DNA of 64,000 nt, from positions 1 through 64,000 of IMG/VR virus record IMGVR_UViG_3300010401_000002; one strand, written 5' to 3'. Shown in pieces: positions 29,659 through 38,280 of the stretch (within the stretch, counting starts at the first letter, position 1; each line of letters begins with the position of its first letter). The notes beneath the pieces are model-generated. The model saw nothing but the letters and a program-made list of their open reading frames with translations, was not told the DNA's origin and made no database searches. The stretch is from a virus. The translations under genes were made by a program, and so were the position numbers.

Positions 29659-31569
29659 ATGGAACAAATTCAGAAAGAAGGCCATTTTAAAAACGGCAAA
29701 AAAGCACCTCCACGATTATTAGAGCGAACGGTTAAGCCCGACTTTTCAAAATCAAATCATCCATTATTAGAGAAAGAAAAGTTCTGGACAAATCAAAAGC
29801 AACGTTGGATTGAAGGAACTTATGTAGAGAATGATTACGGTGCGTGGCGTGTGCCGGGGTTAAGTATCTTCAACTACGACCAAGTAATAATCAAGAACAG
29901 AAATTCAGGTAAGCGCGAACCGTATGATTTAAGGGATGGAAGTTTACTTTTACATCAAACAATAGAAAAAAACTTCCAAGACCATTTAGGGACGGCTGTA
30001 CTTAAAGCACGTTTGGTAGGATTTAGCACAGACCTTTATGGTGGATTCCCGTTTTGGCTTTGGAAAACAAACCCCGGTGCGTCAATTTCGGCAACGGCAA
30101 AAAACAAGGAGCTACTTGCAGAACTTTTTAAGGACAAAACCATATTTGCAGGGGAGCGATTAGATAAAGATATTATTGATTTCAGAAAAAGAAAGACGGG
30201 TAAAACTGCGGATGATAACTATGGCGATATACTTTTAAAAAATCAAACCAAAGACAGTGCTTATGTGCAGGTTGAACTAAAGTACAAAAATGAATTAGGC
30301 GACCCCGAAGAAATTTCAAGCCAAATGAGTTTCGTAGACACCAACCAATCATTAGAAAAGGCATCAGGGTTTTCAGGAACAGGGGCATTAGCTTTATTGT
30401 TTGATGAATTTTTCCTGCATAAATTTCCTGCGCAAACAATTCAGTCAGCAATCAACACACTATTAGACCCTAACAGCAAGAAACTTAATGCTTACATGGT
30501 ATGTGGTGGAACCTGCGAAAATACGGTAAGCGCAGAAAACTTAGCAATACTTTATACCCTTTGGACAAAATTAGAATCGCTATCATTAAGGCCGTTGTTT
30601 ATTCCTGCCCATTACGGATACGAGTGCGTTAATGGATGGAGTGATGTTGAGGCTTATAAAGAGTTTGACGAACAGGAGCGAGAAAAGTTCACACGACTAA
30701 AAGACCAAGAGGGGTTAATAGCACATTGTAAGAATCATTGTCTTACCCAAGATGATGTTTGGCAATTCGCAAAGTCAGCAGTGTTTGAAGAAGATGTTGC
30801 AAAACTTATTGAGAACCAAATAAAAGTAGCGCAACTATCAACTGAATATCAGGCAAGGAAAATAACTCTTAATAATGTTGGCGGCAATATCGAATTAACC
30901 AACAGCAAAGAGTTTCTGGATATGTACGAAATGATTGAACCTGTACGCCCCGGTGCTTTATACTACGCAACATTAGACGGAACAGCAACAGGCTTTAAGT
31001 CAGGCGCGCCCGAAGGCAGCAAGGCAGCAGCGATGATTATAAAGGGTAAAGACCAATCGAGCAAAATAGAATGTTGCCCTGTAATGTGGTGGATACACAG
31101 ACCGCAAAGAGTGATGGATAGTTACAGGGCACTTGTCAACATGGTTCGTTACTATGATAAATTTGGCGGGTTCAGATTAATTTCAGCAGAAGCCAACGCA
31201 GCAACGGCAGAACACCTTACAGAGTTTCTCTTGAATGAAGCATTAGGGAAATTTATTTTATACAAGGCTAACGGAAAACCATTTTATAGCAGGCTTACGG
31301 AACTAAAAATATCACAGTTCCTTTGGGCTAATCCGTTTTTAAGAAAATATATTCAGCATTTTTTTTGTTTACCACTGCTACATGATTTAGCAAGTAAAGA
31401 CGGCAAAGGCGATGCAATGGATAGCTTCTTAATGGGACAGCCGCTATTTCCAATAGGTTTTGATGAAGTTGCGCCAAAGAAAGAAAAACGTGTTATAGAA
31501 AAATCGGTTCTTAAACGTGTTCGTGGTAGAATGATGTGGGTTATAGAAAGAAGGACGGTTAATGCGTGA
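29659..31569 (+). CDS. terL: terminase large subunit
   Basis: Walker A-like LKARLVGFS, Walker B LLFDE, GGT motif, LFIPA, nuclease acids TLDG, AEAN, DAMD. Confidence 0.88.
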   Translation: MEQIQKEGHFKNGKKAPPRLLERTVKPDFSKSNHPLLEKEKFWTNQKQRWIEGTYVENDYGAWRVPGLSIFNYDQVIIKNRNSGKREPYDLRDGSLLLHQTIEKNFQDHLGTAVLKARLVGFSTDLYGGFPFWLWKTNPGASISATAKNKELLAELFKDKTIFAGERLDKDIIDFRKRKTGKTADDNYGDILLKNQTKDSAYVQVELKYKNELGDPEEISSQMSFVDTNQSLEKASGFSGTGALALLFDEFFLHKFPAQTIQSAINTLLDPNSKKLNAYMVCGGTCENTVSAENLAILYTLWTKLESLSLRPLFIPAHYGYECVNGWSDVEAYKEFDEQEREKFTRLKDQEGLIAHCKNHCLTQDDVWQFAKSAVFEEDVAKLIENQIKVAQLSTEYQARKITLNNVGGNIELTNSKEFLDMYEMIEPVRPGALYYATLDGTATGFKSGAPEGSKAAAMIIKGKDQSSKIECCPVMWWIHRPQRVMDSYRALVNMVRYYDKFGGFRLISAEANAATAEHLTEFLLNEALGKFILYKANGKPFYSRLTELKISQFLWANPFLRKYIQHFFCLPLLHDLASKDGKGDAMDSFLMGQPLFPIGFDEVAPKKEKRVIEKSVLKRVRGRMMWVIERRTVNA

Positions 31570-31697
31570 AAACTAAAAGGCTAAGCAGTACCGAACGTCA
31601 ATACTGTTTAGCCTTACGTTGAGAGGTAGTGTCTCTTCATCTCCCAAATTTGTTTGTACAAACTATGCGCAAACATTCACCATGTTTACCATATAGC
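31570..31697 (-). ncRNA. candidate ~125-nt small RNA
   Basis: Minus-strand TACCTTTG box, hairpin GTAAACAT/ATGTTTGC, terminator AAGGCTAAACAGTA/TACTGCTTAGCCTT plus T-tract. Confidence 0.5.
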
Positions 31698-31701
31698 GGT
31701 G

Positions 31702-31729
31702 CAAAGGTAAGAACTTTTCAATACCTTTG
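31702..31729. promoter_or_regulatory. back-to-back promoters forming an inverted repeat
   Basis: CAAAGGTA-N12-TACCTTTG. Confidence 0.7.
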
Positions 31730-31801
31730 TATCTAATTGCCAACGTGCAGGGCGGTCTGTCCCAAAGAAAAGAATCTTTTATTAAAACATTATTCTCTTA
31801 G

Positions 31802-34207
31802 ATGGACGCACAGAATTACGCCACCGCAACGGTACGCACAGCACTCCCATACGCCACAGACGTAAAAAATTTAGAATTTATCGAATGTAAGCGTCAACCG
31901 CTATACGTTACCGAAGCGTATAAGTTTGCTAAAAACTGTTACGGGCAAAGTCAATATTTTTTAAACGTTGCCCGCAATCAGGTAAAAGACTGCTACAATA
32001 TTCGCGTTGATGTAAATACTATTGAATCGTCTGTAACGGAAGGTATTAACAGGGGCATTGTCAGAACCCGCATACACGAAGAAGTAAAAGAGAACAGGGA
32101 TTTTTATTATGGATTGCAGAATGACAACCTCATGGCGTGGAGTGCGAACAATCTTTCCATCAGCGTACCGGGTCAAGACTTAAAGAAGTACATTAATCAC
32201 ATGGACGGTGTTCAAACCGCAATGATTAAGCCTATTAAAAAAGGAATAAACACCACCATACTTGACAGTAGTTCCATTGAAAAAAAGAAAGGATTCTTAA
32301 CCCTATGCCACTTGATTATTGACAACAGGGATTTGTTTAAAGAAATGGAGGCAAAAGGTGTTGTTATACGAAACCCGTTTGCTGAAATAATTCCCAATAT
32401 AACCGATATTGAAATTGAAGATATAAAAGATATTGAGGATGCTTGGCGTGATGAATACGAAATTGAATCTGAAATATTCCTTAACAACCTGTATCAGTTT
32501 TATGATATGGAGGAATGTTTTTTAAGGCAGTCAAAAACAAATCTAATTGAGGGTGTTTCAACAATCATTTTGGAAGATGATGGATTGTATTACAAGCCTG
32601 TACAGGTAAATGCTATACAGGCAATGATTGATATTGATTGCAACGACCAATATGGCCGCGACATGATGCGGTGGGGATATGTTGACTATTTGACTTACGA
32701 AGATGTGTGTGCCTTAGTTCCTGATATGGACAAGGATATGAAAGCCGATATTTATAACCTATGTTATACCAACGACCAGCAAACAACAGATTGCTTAAAC
32801 TATCTTCAAGCAGGCTTTGACAATATAAAATGGATAAACCCTGATAATAAACGAATAGCTGTTGTGAAAGGATGGTTTATTGCGCCACGTAATAAGCGTT
32901 ATAAGGAGCGTGAAACAAAATTTGGTGATAGTTACATTGATATAATTGAAAACGAAAGAAAATACACCAACAGGTTTTTAGATGTTCCGCAACCCGATGG
33001 TGTATTAGGCGCTGATATACGCGGTGATTTTGACGAGTGGGATATTCATAAGTATATGATGATACTTAATAAGTATGTGTTTAATTATGGTTATGAAAGA
33101 ATTGTTTATCGCACTACACAGGAAAAATGGAAGCCACAGCCTAATGCAATTCAATTTATACACGACCGTTCACAGGCAATGTTTCGTTCACCTGCTGGAC
33201 GTTTAAAATGGAATCAATTAGAAAAAGACAGGCTAAAGAAAAAGATTGTTCAACTTACTGCAAAAGATAAGGGTCGCAATCTTATGGTTTATGCTGATGA
33301 ACTCACAGATGGATTAAAAGGTCTGATTGAAGATTTTGATGCACAAGGTATATCATTGAAGTTATCACCCAAAGTTGACCATAATCCGCAGGGGAATAAC
33401 AATCAGATTAATACTGTTTCGGAGGTGGTGGATTTATCGCTCTCAAACACTGTGTTGTCTTACTTAGAGCTTATCCGTTCGGAGAAACAGGAGATGAATG
33501 AAATTGCAGGGATTTCAGAGATTCAGCTTGGTCAGGATTCACAGACTATGGGCAAAGGCGTGAGGGAGGCAAGAGTAGCGGCAAGTCAGCAAGGATTAGT
33601 GTCGCAGTATGAATCGTTTGGGAAGTTCTGTACTATTACATTGCAGAGGTTTTTTGATTATAATAAGTTATGCCTTCCTCAAATCAAAAATGAGGAGAAT
33701 CTTTTCATAAGCAAAAGAGGAGAGAATTTATTTGAGTTTACGAAGGAGTTAAGTACGGCACAAATCACCTTGCATATTGATAGTGTGACTGAAATTGACC
33801 CCAAAGAAAAGGATGGTATAATCATGGCTGCGGGCGCAATGGCGCAGCAATCACAGTACTTACAGGACGTAGGTGTATCTCCTATGTTACCATTTCGGCT
33901 AATGCGGGCAACTAACACCGACATTGCGCTTGCGGAAGCAGAACGTTCCATTAGAAAATCACAAAAGAAATTTGCTGCAACACAAGCTGCTAAATTTAAG
34001 TCTGAACAAGATAATGCTGCACAAGCTAATCAAGTGCCTATACTTTTAGAAAAAATGAAACAGGACAATGAAAATTGGCGCACCACCCAAACGAACGAGG
34101 TCAAAGCGATGACAGCGAAAATGGATAAGACTATGGAGTTTTTACAATTGCTTATGCAGCAACCGGAACCGGGGGATGGACAGCCTACGCAATCTCAACC
34201 CGCGTAG
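31802..34207 (+). CDS. portal protein
   Basis: 801 aa after terL; VVDLSLS...EIAGISEIQLGQ motif and Q-rich coiled C-terminus as in crAss-like portals. Confidence 0.82.
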   Translation: MDAQNYATATVRTALPYATDVKNLEFIECKRQPLYVTEAYKFAKNCYGQSQYFLNVARNQVKDCYNIRVDVNTIESSVTEGINRGIVRTRIHEEVKENRDFYYGLQNDNLMAWSANNLSISVPGQDLKKYINHMDGVQTAMIKPIKKGINTTILDSSSIEKKKGFLTLCHLIIDNRDLFKEMEAKGVVIRNPFAEIIPNITDIEIEDIKDIEDAWRDEYEIESEIFLNNLYQFYDMEECFLRQSKTNLIEGVSTIILEDDGLYYKPVQVNAIQAMIDIDCNDQYGRDMMRWGYVDYLTYEDVCALVPDMDKDMKADIYNLCYTNDQQTTDCLNYLQAGFDNIKWINPDNKRIAVVKGWFIAPRNKRYKERETKFGDSYIDIIENERKYTNRFLDVPQPDGVLGADIRGDFDEWDIHKYMMILNKYVFNYGYERIVYRTTQEKWKPQPNAIQFIHDRSQAMFRSPAGRLKWNQLEKDRLKKKIVQLTAKDKGRNLMVYADELTDGLKGLIEDFDAQGISLKLSPKVDHNPQGNNNQINTVSEVVDLSLSNTVLSYLELIRSEKQEMNEIAGISEIQLGQDSQTMGKGVREARVAASQQGLVSQYESFGKFCTITLQRFFDYNKLCLPQIKNEENLFISKRGENLFEFTKELSTAQITLHIDSVTEIDPKEKDGIIMAAGAMAQQSQYLQDVGVSPMLPFRLMRATNTDIALAEAERSIRKSQKKFAATQAAKFKSEQDNAAQANQVPILLEKMKQDNENWRTTQTNEVKAMTAKMDKTMEFLQLLMQQPEPGDGQPTQSQPA

Positions 34208-34428
34208 TAAACTCCTTCAAATTTAGTCTTACTCCATTTATACAAAATGAAATTGCGTTCACTGTATTTCATGTAGCGAAAAAATTCGTGGTCTTGTTGC
34301 GCGGATTCAAGCTCCATATCCTTTGTGAATTGTTCTTTAACAGCCCAATTCTTACCATCAAAGAAAAGAACACCGCAATCGGGTGGAAGTAGTTCGGCTA
34401 ATGTCGCTATGTAATATTTGGATTTCAT
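34195..34428 (-). CDS. hypothetical protein
   Basis: Last gene of the minus-strand operon, ATGA-coupled. Confidence 0.55.
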   Translation of the reverse strand: MKSKYYIATLAELLPPDCGVLFFDGKNWAVKEQFTKDMELESAQQDHEFFRYMKYSERNFILYKWSKTKFEGVYYAG

Positions 34429-34901
34429 GCAGCAGAATCAGGCGGTGTAATCTCAATATTCCCCATTAAAATTTTCAAAGCATTATTAGCCTTACGGTAC
34501 TGTTCCAAATAATCAATCAATGTGTCATAGTTGATTTCTAATTCAGATGATGTTTCTTTAAGTATTATAACTGATTTAGACTTGCAAACAAGTTGCGTTA
34601 TTTTGTGGCGAATTTTATCACATTCGTGGTGCGCCATTCGTATATCATCAATATTAGTCAATGGAATTGTCTTATCTTCTGCATCATCTAATTCAATGAA
34701 TTTATCCGAACCAGCAACTCCCATTCGGGTATTGCCTTTCTTGTAACCGCAATAAGGCTGTTCAGTATTGAACAATGGATAAATTTCATCTGTAATAACC
34801 CTCGCTAAGTGTGCAATTCCACCCGTAACGTTGAATCCAATAATGTTAGTCAATTTAGTTTCTAATTCAATCTTTGTTAATGGTATCATATTATTTTTCA
34901 A
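34425..34901 (-). CDS. hypothetical protein
   Basis: 158-aa ORF in the operon. Confidence 0.6.
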   Translation of the reverse strand: MKNNMIPLTKIELETKLTNIIGFNVTGGIAHLARVITDEIYPLFNTEQPYCGYKKGNTRMGVAGSDKFIELDDAEDKTIPLTNIDDIRMAHHECDKIRHKITQLVCKSKSVIILKETSSELEINYDTLIDYLEQYRKANNALKILMGNIEITPPDSAA

Positions 34902-35175
34902 TTATTGGGACTACTCCAAAGAAGTCGGTTAGTGATTGTATTTTATTTGCAAAATCTTTCTCTAAAACTATCTCACAGGATTGAACGCCAACTATGCCGT
35001 CCTTCTTATACATGACGCACACTCCATATTTACCTTTATCGTAAGCGCAGGAAATTAAATAATATCTGTCGCTATGTTTAATAAGCGTTTTGTCAGGCAA
35101 CGGGTTTACAATATTAGATTGCGCCTCTAATCTTTCTCTTACGGTTTCGCTAAAATATAATTCGTTATTTTTCAT
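34891..35175 (-). CDS. hypothetical protein
   Basis: 94-aa ORF overlapping the recombinase stop. Confidence 0.6.
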   Translation of the reverse strand: MKNNELYFSETVRERLEAQSNIVNPLPDKTLIKHSDRYYLISCAYDKGKYGVCVMYKKDGIVGVQSCEIVLEKDFANKIQSLTDFFGVVPIIEK

Positions 35176-36008
35176 TTCTTATTCCTCCAAACATCATTAA
35201 TCATAGTTGCGTGTTTAACCTGCGATGACCTAACATAGCGTAAAAAACTACTAACGTCCTTATGTCCCGTAACTGCCATTATTGTAACAGGGTCAACTTT
35301 TCTTTCGTATAGGTTCGTGCTAAATGACCTTCGACCTCCATGACTGCTAACCTTCATCGCCTTATCTCCAATGCCAGCAGCGACACAACTCATTTTAATC
35401 CACTTGTCGAAAAAACTAATGCTTACTACGGGCATTTCACCGTTATATTTCTTTAATATCTTCTTAGCATAATCATGGATTGGCAGATACACGGATGTTT
35501 TCGTCTTAGTCTGTGTAACGCTGCAAACATTCTCACCATCCTTATACTTAATTTTAGTATAGTCGCTGAAACGACATCCGGTATAACTTAGCAGTATAAA
35601 TATATCAGCACATTTCTGCTGACGTTCATCAAAGTATTTATGCTTGCGAAGCATATCAAGTTCTTTTTCGTTGAGGTGAAATGCTTGAGTTATGATAGAT
35701 TTAACTCTCACCCCGGCAGTGTTGAGTTCTATCTTAGCCAACTTACATAATTGTTTAAGCGATATTGATAACTGCACTATCGTATTCGGTGCATACTTCA
35801 ATTTAGCAGCCCTTACAAACGCAGGATAACCAAACTCCCCTTCAAGCGAATAAAGAAATTTAAGCATACTCCTGTGGGCGTTGTAGTTCGACTTTGTAAA
35901 CTCATTAGATGCAAAGACTTTCGCTAAAGTTGTTGCAATATCTTTGAATGAAGCAGTTGACTGTTCTACGGCTTCGGGGAGGGAGTATGTGGAGGTGGTG
36001 GTGAACAT
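35172..36008 (-). CDS. tyrosine recombinase/integrase
   Basis: Catalytic set TGCRFSD, KTK, SSHGGRRSF, TGH, FLRY. Confidence 0.92.
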   Translation of the reverse strand: MFTTTSTYSLPEAVEQSTASFKDIATTLAKVFASNEFTKSNYNAHRSMLKFLYSLEGEFGYPAFVRAAKLKYAPNTIVQLSISLKQLCKLAKIELNTAGVRVKSIITQAFHLNEKELDMLRKHKYFDERQQKCADIFILLSYTGCRFSDYTKIKYKDGENVCSVTQTKTKTSVYLPIHDYAKKILKKYNGEMPVVSISFFDKWIKMSCVAAGIGDKAMKVSSHGGRRSFSTNLYERKVDPVTIMAVTGHKDVSSFLRYVRSSQVKHATMINDVWRNKK

Positions 36009-36009
36009 A

Positions 36010-36375
36010 TTAGAATCTAAAATATTTTTTCCAAAACCAATCTTCTTTTTCCGTGTGCTTTACGCCCTGCTGCTTTTCTTTAACAAACCTTTTATAATCC
36101 TCTAATACATTTTCAACCCTTCCAGAAATAGCGTCAATATCTCTTTTTAATCCCTCGTTTATAAGTTCCAACCCTTTTTTAAAGTGCGGAATTGATAGAT
36201 ACAATTCTCTAATATATGGCATACGAGAACTGTATCGCATAGATTCGCCTCTCCAATCAATCATCACAACGTTTGACGAATCTTTTAGCGTGTCAATTAA
36301 CTCCTGCTGTTTTTTTGCAAAGTCAAGCATATTTATATATTCATCATAATCAATTGTTACTTTCTTTTCGTTCAT
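36010..36375 (-). CDS. hypothetical protein
   Basis: 121-aa ORF abutting the recombinase start. Confidence 0.6.
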   Translation of the reverse strand: MNEKKVTIDYDEYINMLDFAKKQQELIDTLKDSSNVVMIDWRGESMRYSSRMPYIRELYLSIPHFKKGLELINEGLKRDIDAISGRVENVLEDYKRFVKEKQQGVKHTEKEDWFWKKYFRF

Positions 36376-36381
36376 ATTATT

Positions 36382-36609
36382 TTATTTTAAATCAAACCAT
36401 GTAGGATTTTGTTCTATAAACTTGCGCATATCTTTTTTCGCAACAAAGTAACCTTTACCAACGTAAATCAGTTCGTTGTTTAATTCATCATGCGTAAGAG
36501 GCGTGAAACGGTCTTCCCACAAAGCAATATTAGCAGCACGATTTTCTTCGGGCGTTGGCGGTATTATAAAGCCATCCTTTATTTTGTATCTTAGCGATTT
36601 GTTGTTCAT
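36382..36609 (-). CDS. hypothetical protein
   Basis: 75-aa ORF in the operon. Confidence 0.55.
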   Translation of the reverse strand: MNNKSLRYKIKDGFIIPPTPEENRAANIALWEDRFTPLTHDELNNELIYVGKGYFVAKKDMRKFIEQNPTWFDLK

Positions 36610-36615
36610 TTGTTA

Positions 36616-36789
36616 TTAAACCTTATCAATCCCTTTTTCAATTGCCAATGCACAAACTTCTGCAATGGTTTTTTGTTTATCGAACTTTTGTATTTGTTTT
36701 AGCAGCACTTTTGTATGAACCGCCTTTTCTACAAACACGGTCACACCTACCGCATCTGTTCCGCATTTTGTGTTGTCTGATTTTTTCAT
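36616..36789 (-). CDS. 57-aa ribbon-helix-helix-like regulator (not in ORF track)
   Basis: MKKSDNTKCGTDAVGVTVFVEKAVHTKVLLKQIQKFDKQKTIAEVCALAIEKGIDKV; strand-helix-helix pattern; first gene after the promoter. Confidence 0.55.
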   Translation of the reverse strand: MKKSDNTKCGTDAVGVTVFVEKAVHTKVLLKQIQKFDKQKTIAEVCALAIEKGIDKV

Positions 36790-36794
36790 GGGGA

Positions 36795-36888
36795 CAAATA
36801 TAAATAGTAATTACTATACGAAACAACAATATTTTAAACTTTAACATTTACCCCGCCCTTGCAACTTAAACAATATTCATTACTTTTG
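36795..36888. promoter_or_regulatory. divergent promoters with a palindromic operator
   Basis: - strand TATATTTG (36795-802); palindrome ATAGTAATTACTAT (36804-17); + strand TACTTTTG (36881-88). Confidence 0.7.
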
Positions 36889-36959
36889 CTGAACATACTA
36901 TATGTATTGCCTACGTGCATCCGAATTATTCTTAGTTATCCCAATTTAACTTTAATTCA

Positions 36960-38042
36960 ATGAGCAACATAAAAGGCAAATTAGAACAATCATTACGAGC
37001 AATCCCACCAAACCTATCAGACGAACAAACCGTAGCGTGGTTTAGAAGTATGCTTGCTACTATAGCGCAGGAGGTTGATGCGGTGTTATCATCAGCAGGT
37101 GTATCGTCTTTCAATACACGAACAGGGGCTGTAACACTTACAAGTGGCGATGTATCAGGAGCAAGCGGACTGCTTACTACGGGGGCAAACGCGGGTTCAA
37201 CAGCAGCACCAACCGATTTTGGGGGAACTTTCGGAATAAAAGTTGACGCAATTGATTCTTCAGGAACAAGCATGATTTCGTTCGCTAAGATGATTGGCGT
37301 CAAGGAATACACATCAGCACAAGAGGCGTTGCTTGTACCCGGTTCAGGTGCGGTTATTATAAACACTGATATTGTTACGGGTGGTGCGGTAAGACGCTAT
37401 ACGGGGTCGGCTTGGGTAACGGTTGGTGGCGGCGGCCTCTCCCCCACAGGCAGCGATGTAGGGGCGACAAGTCAGGCGCAGGTGTTTACGAATGGATTAA
37501 TCTCTAATGTGTTACAGGCTAATACAGGAGGACGAACTTTATTAAAAAATAATGCTGGTGATGCTTTTTTGAAAACGAGCGTTGGCGGTTTTGACGTTGA
37601 AGTGGGTGATTCTAATGCGGCAGCTAATGGCACATTATTAACTGTTTCGGATTCCGCTGAAACCATTTCATTAAAAGCTGATAATGGTGTTCTTTTGCCT
37701 GACGACCAAATAATTGGTGCAGGTGCAAATGCTAAAATGGCTTTCAACCAATCAGCCCAAACAGCCACGATAACGGCTGCTAATGGGGTGAGTACGAGTG
37801 CGGGGTTTACGGTTGGAACAGACCTACTAACCAATTCCATTAAAAATAACGGAGGCAACGCAATTGTTATTACACAGACTACAACAAACCCTATCACGAT
37901 AAATTCTGGGACAGGGATATTAGAACTTAATCTGCCTGTAGATGGATTGTCTATGAACGGCGGCACAGGGTACACAGGCACATTAGCCCAAGCTATAAGT
38001 GACGGTGCAACTATTGAAAACGGAATAATTAAAAACCCTTAA
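36960..38042 (+). CDS. tail fibre/spike-like protein
   Basis: VSSFNTRTGAVTL and RYTGSAWV fibre motifs; G/T/S-rich. Confidence 0.6.
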   Translation: MSNIKGKLEQSLRAIPPNLSDEQTVAWFRSMLATIAQEVDAVLSSAGVSSFNTRTGAVTLTSGDVSGASGLLTTGANAGSTAAPTDFGGTFGIKVDAIDSSGTSMISFAKMIGVKEYTSAQEALLVPGSGAVIINTDIVTGGAVRRYTGSAWVTVGGGGLSPTGSDVGATSQAQVFTNGLISNVLQANTGGRTLLKNNAGDAFLKTSVGGFDVEVGDSNAAANGTLLTVSDSAETISLKADNGVLLPDDQIIGAGANAKMAFNQSAQTATITAANGVSTSAGFTVGTDLLTNSIKNNGGNAIVITQTTTNPITINSGTGILELNLPVDGLSMNGGTGYTGTLAQAISDGATIENGIIKNP

Positions 38043-38055
38043 ACAATAATAGATT

Positions 38056-38265
38056 ATGAAAACAGAACAACAATTAAACGAACAGATTGAAATTATCAAT
38101 GAACAAATCGCTAAATGTGAAACAGAGTTAGCATCAATACTTCCAGAAGGAACTGAACCAGAACAGTACGATGAAATAATTAAATCAGAATCATACAATA
38201 CTGTTATGAGAAATAAATCTAATTGGGAGGGACAGAAAACAGGTATCGAATTTACTTTAAATTAA
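38056..38265 (+). CDS. small acidic coiled-coil protein (possible fibre chaperone)
   Basis: 69 aa directly after the fibre gene. Confidence 0.45.
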   Translation: MKTEQQLNEQIEIINEQIAKCETELASILPEGTEPEQYDEIIKSESYNTVMRNKSNWEGQKTGIEFTLN

Positions 38266-38280
38266 AAAAAAAATAAAGAA

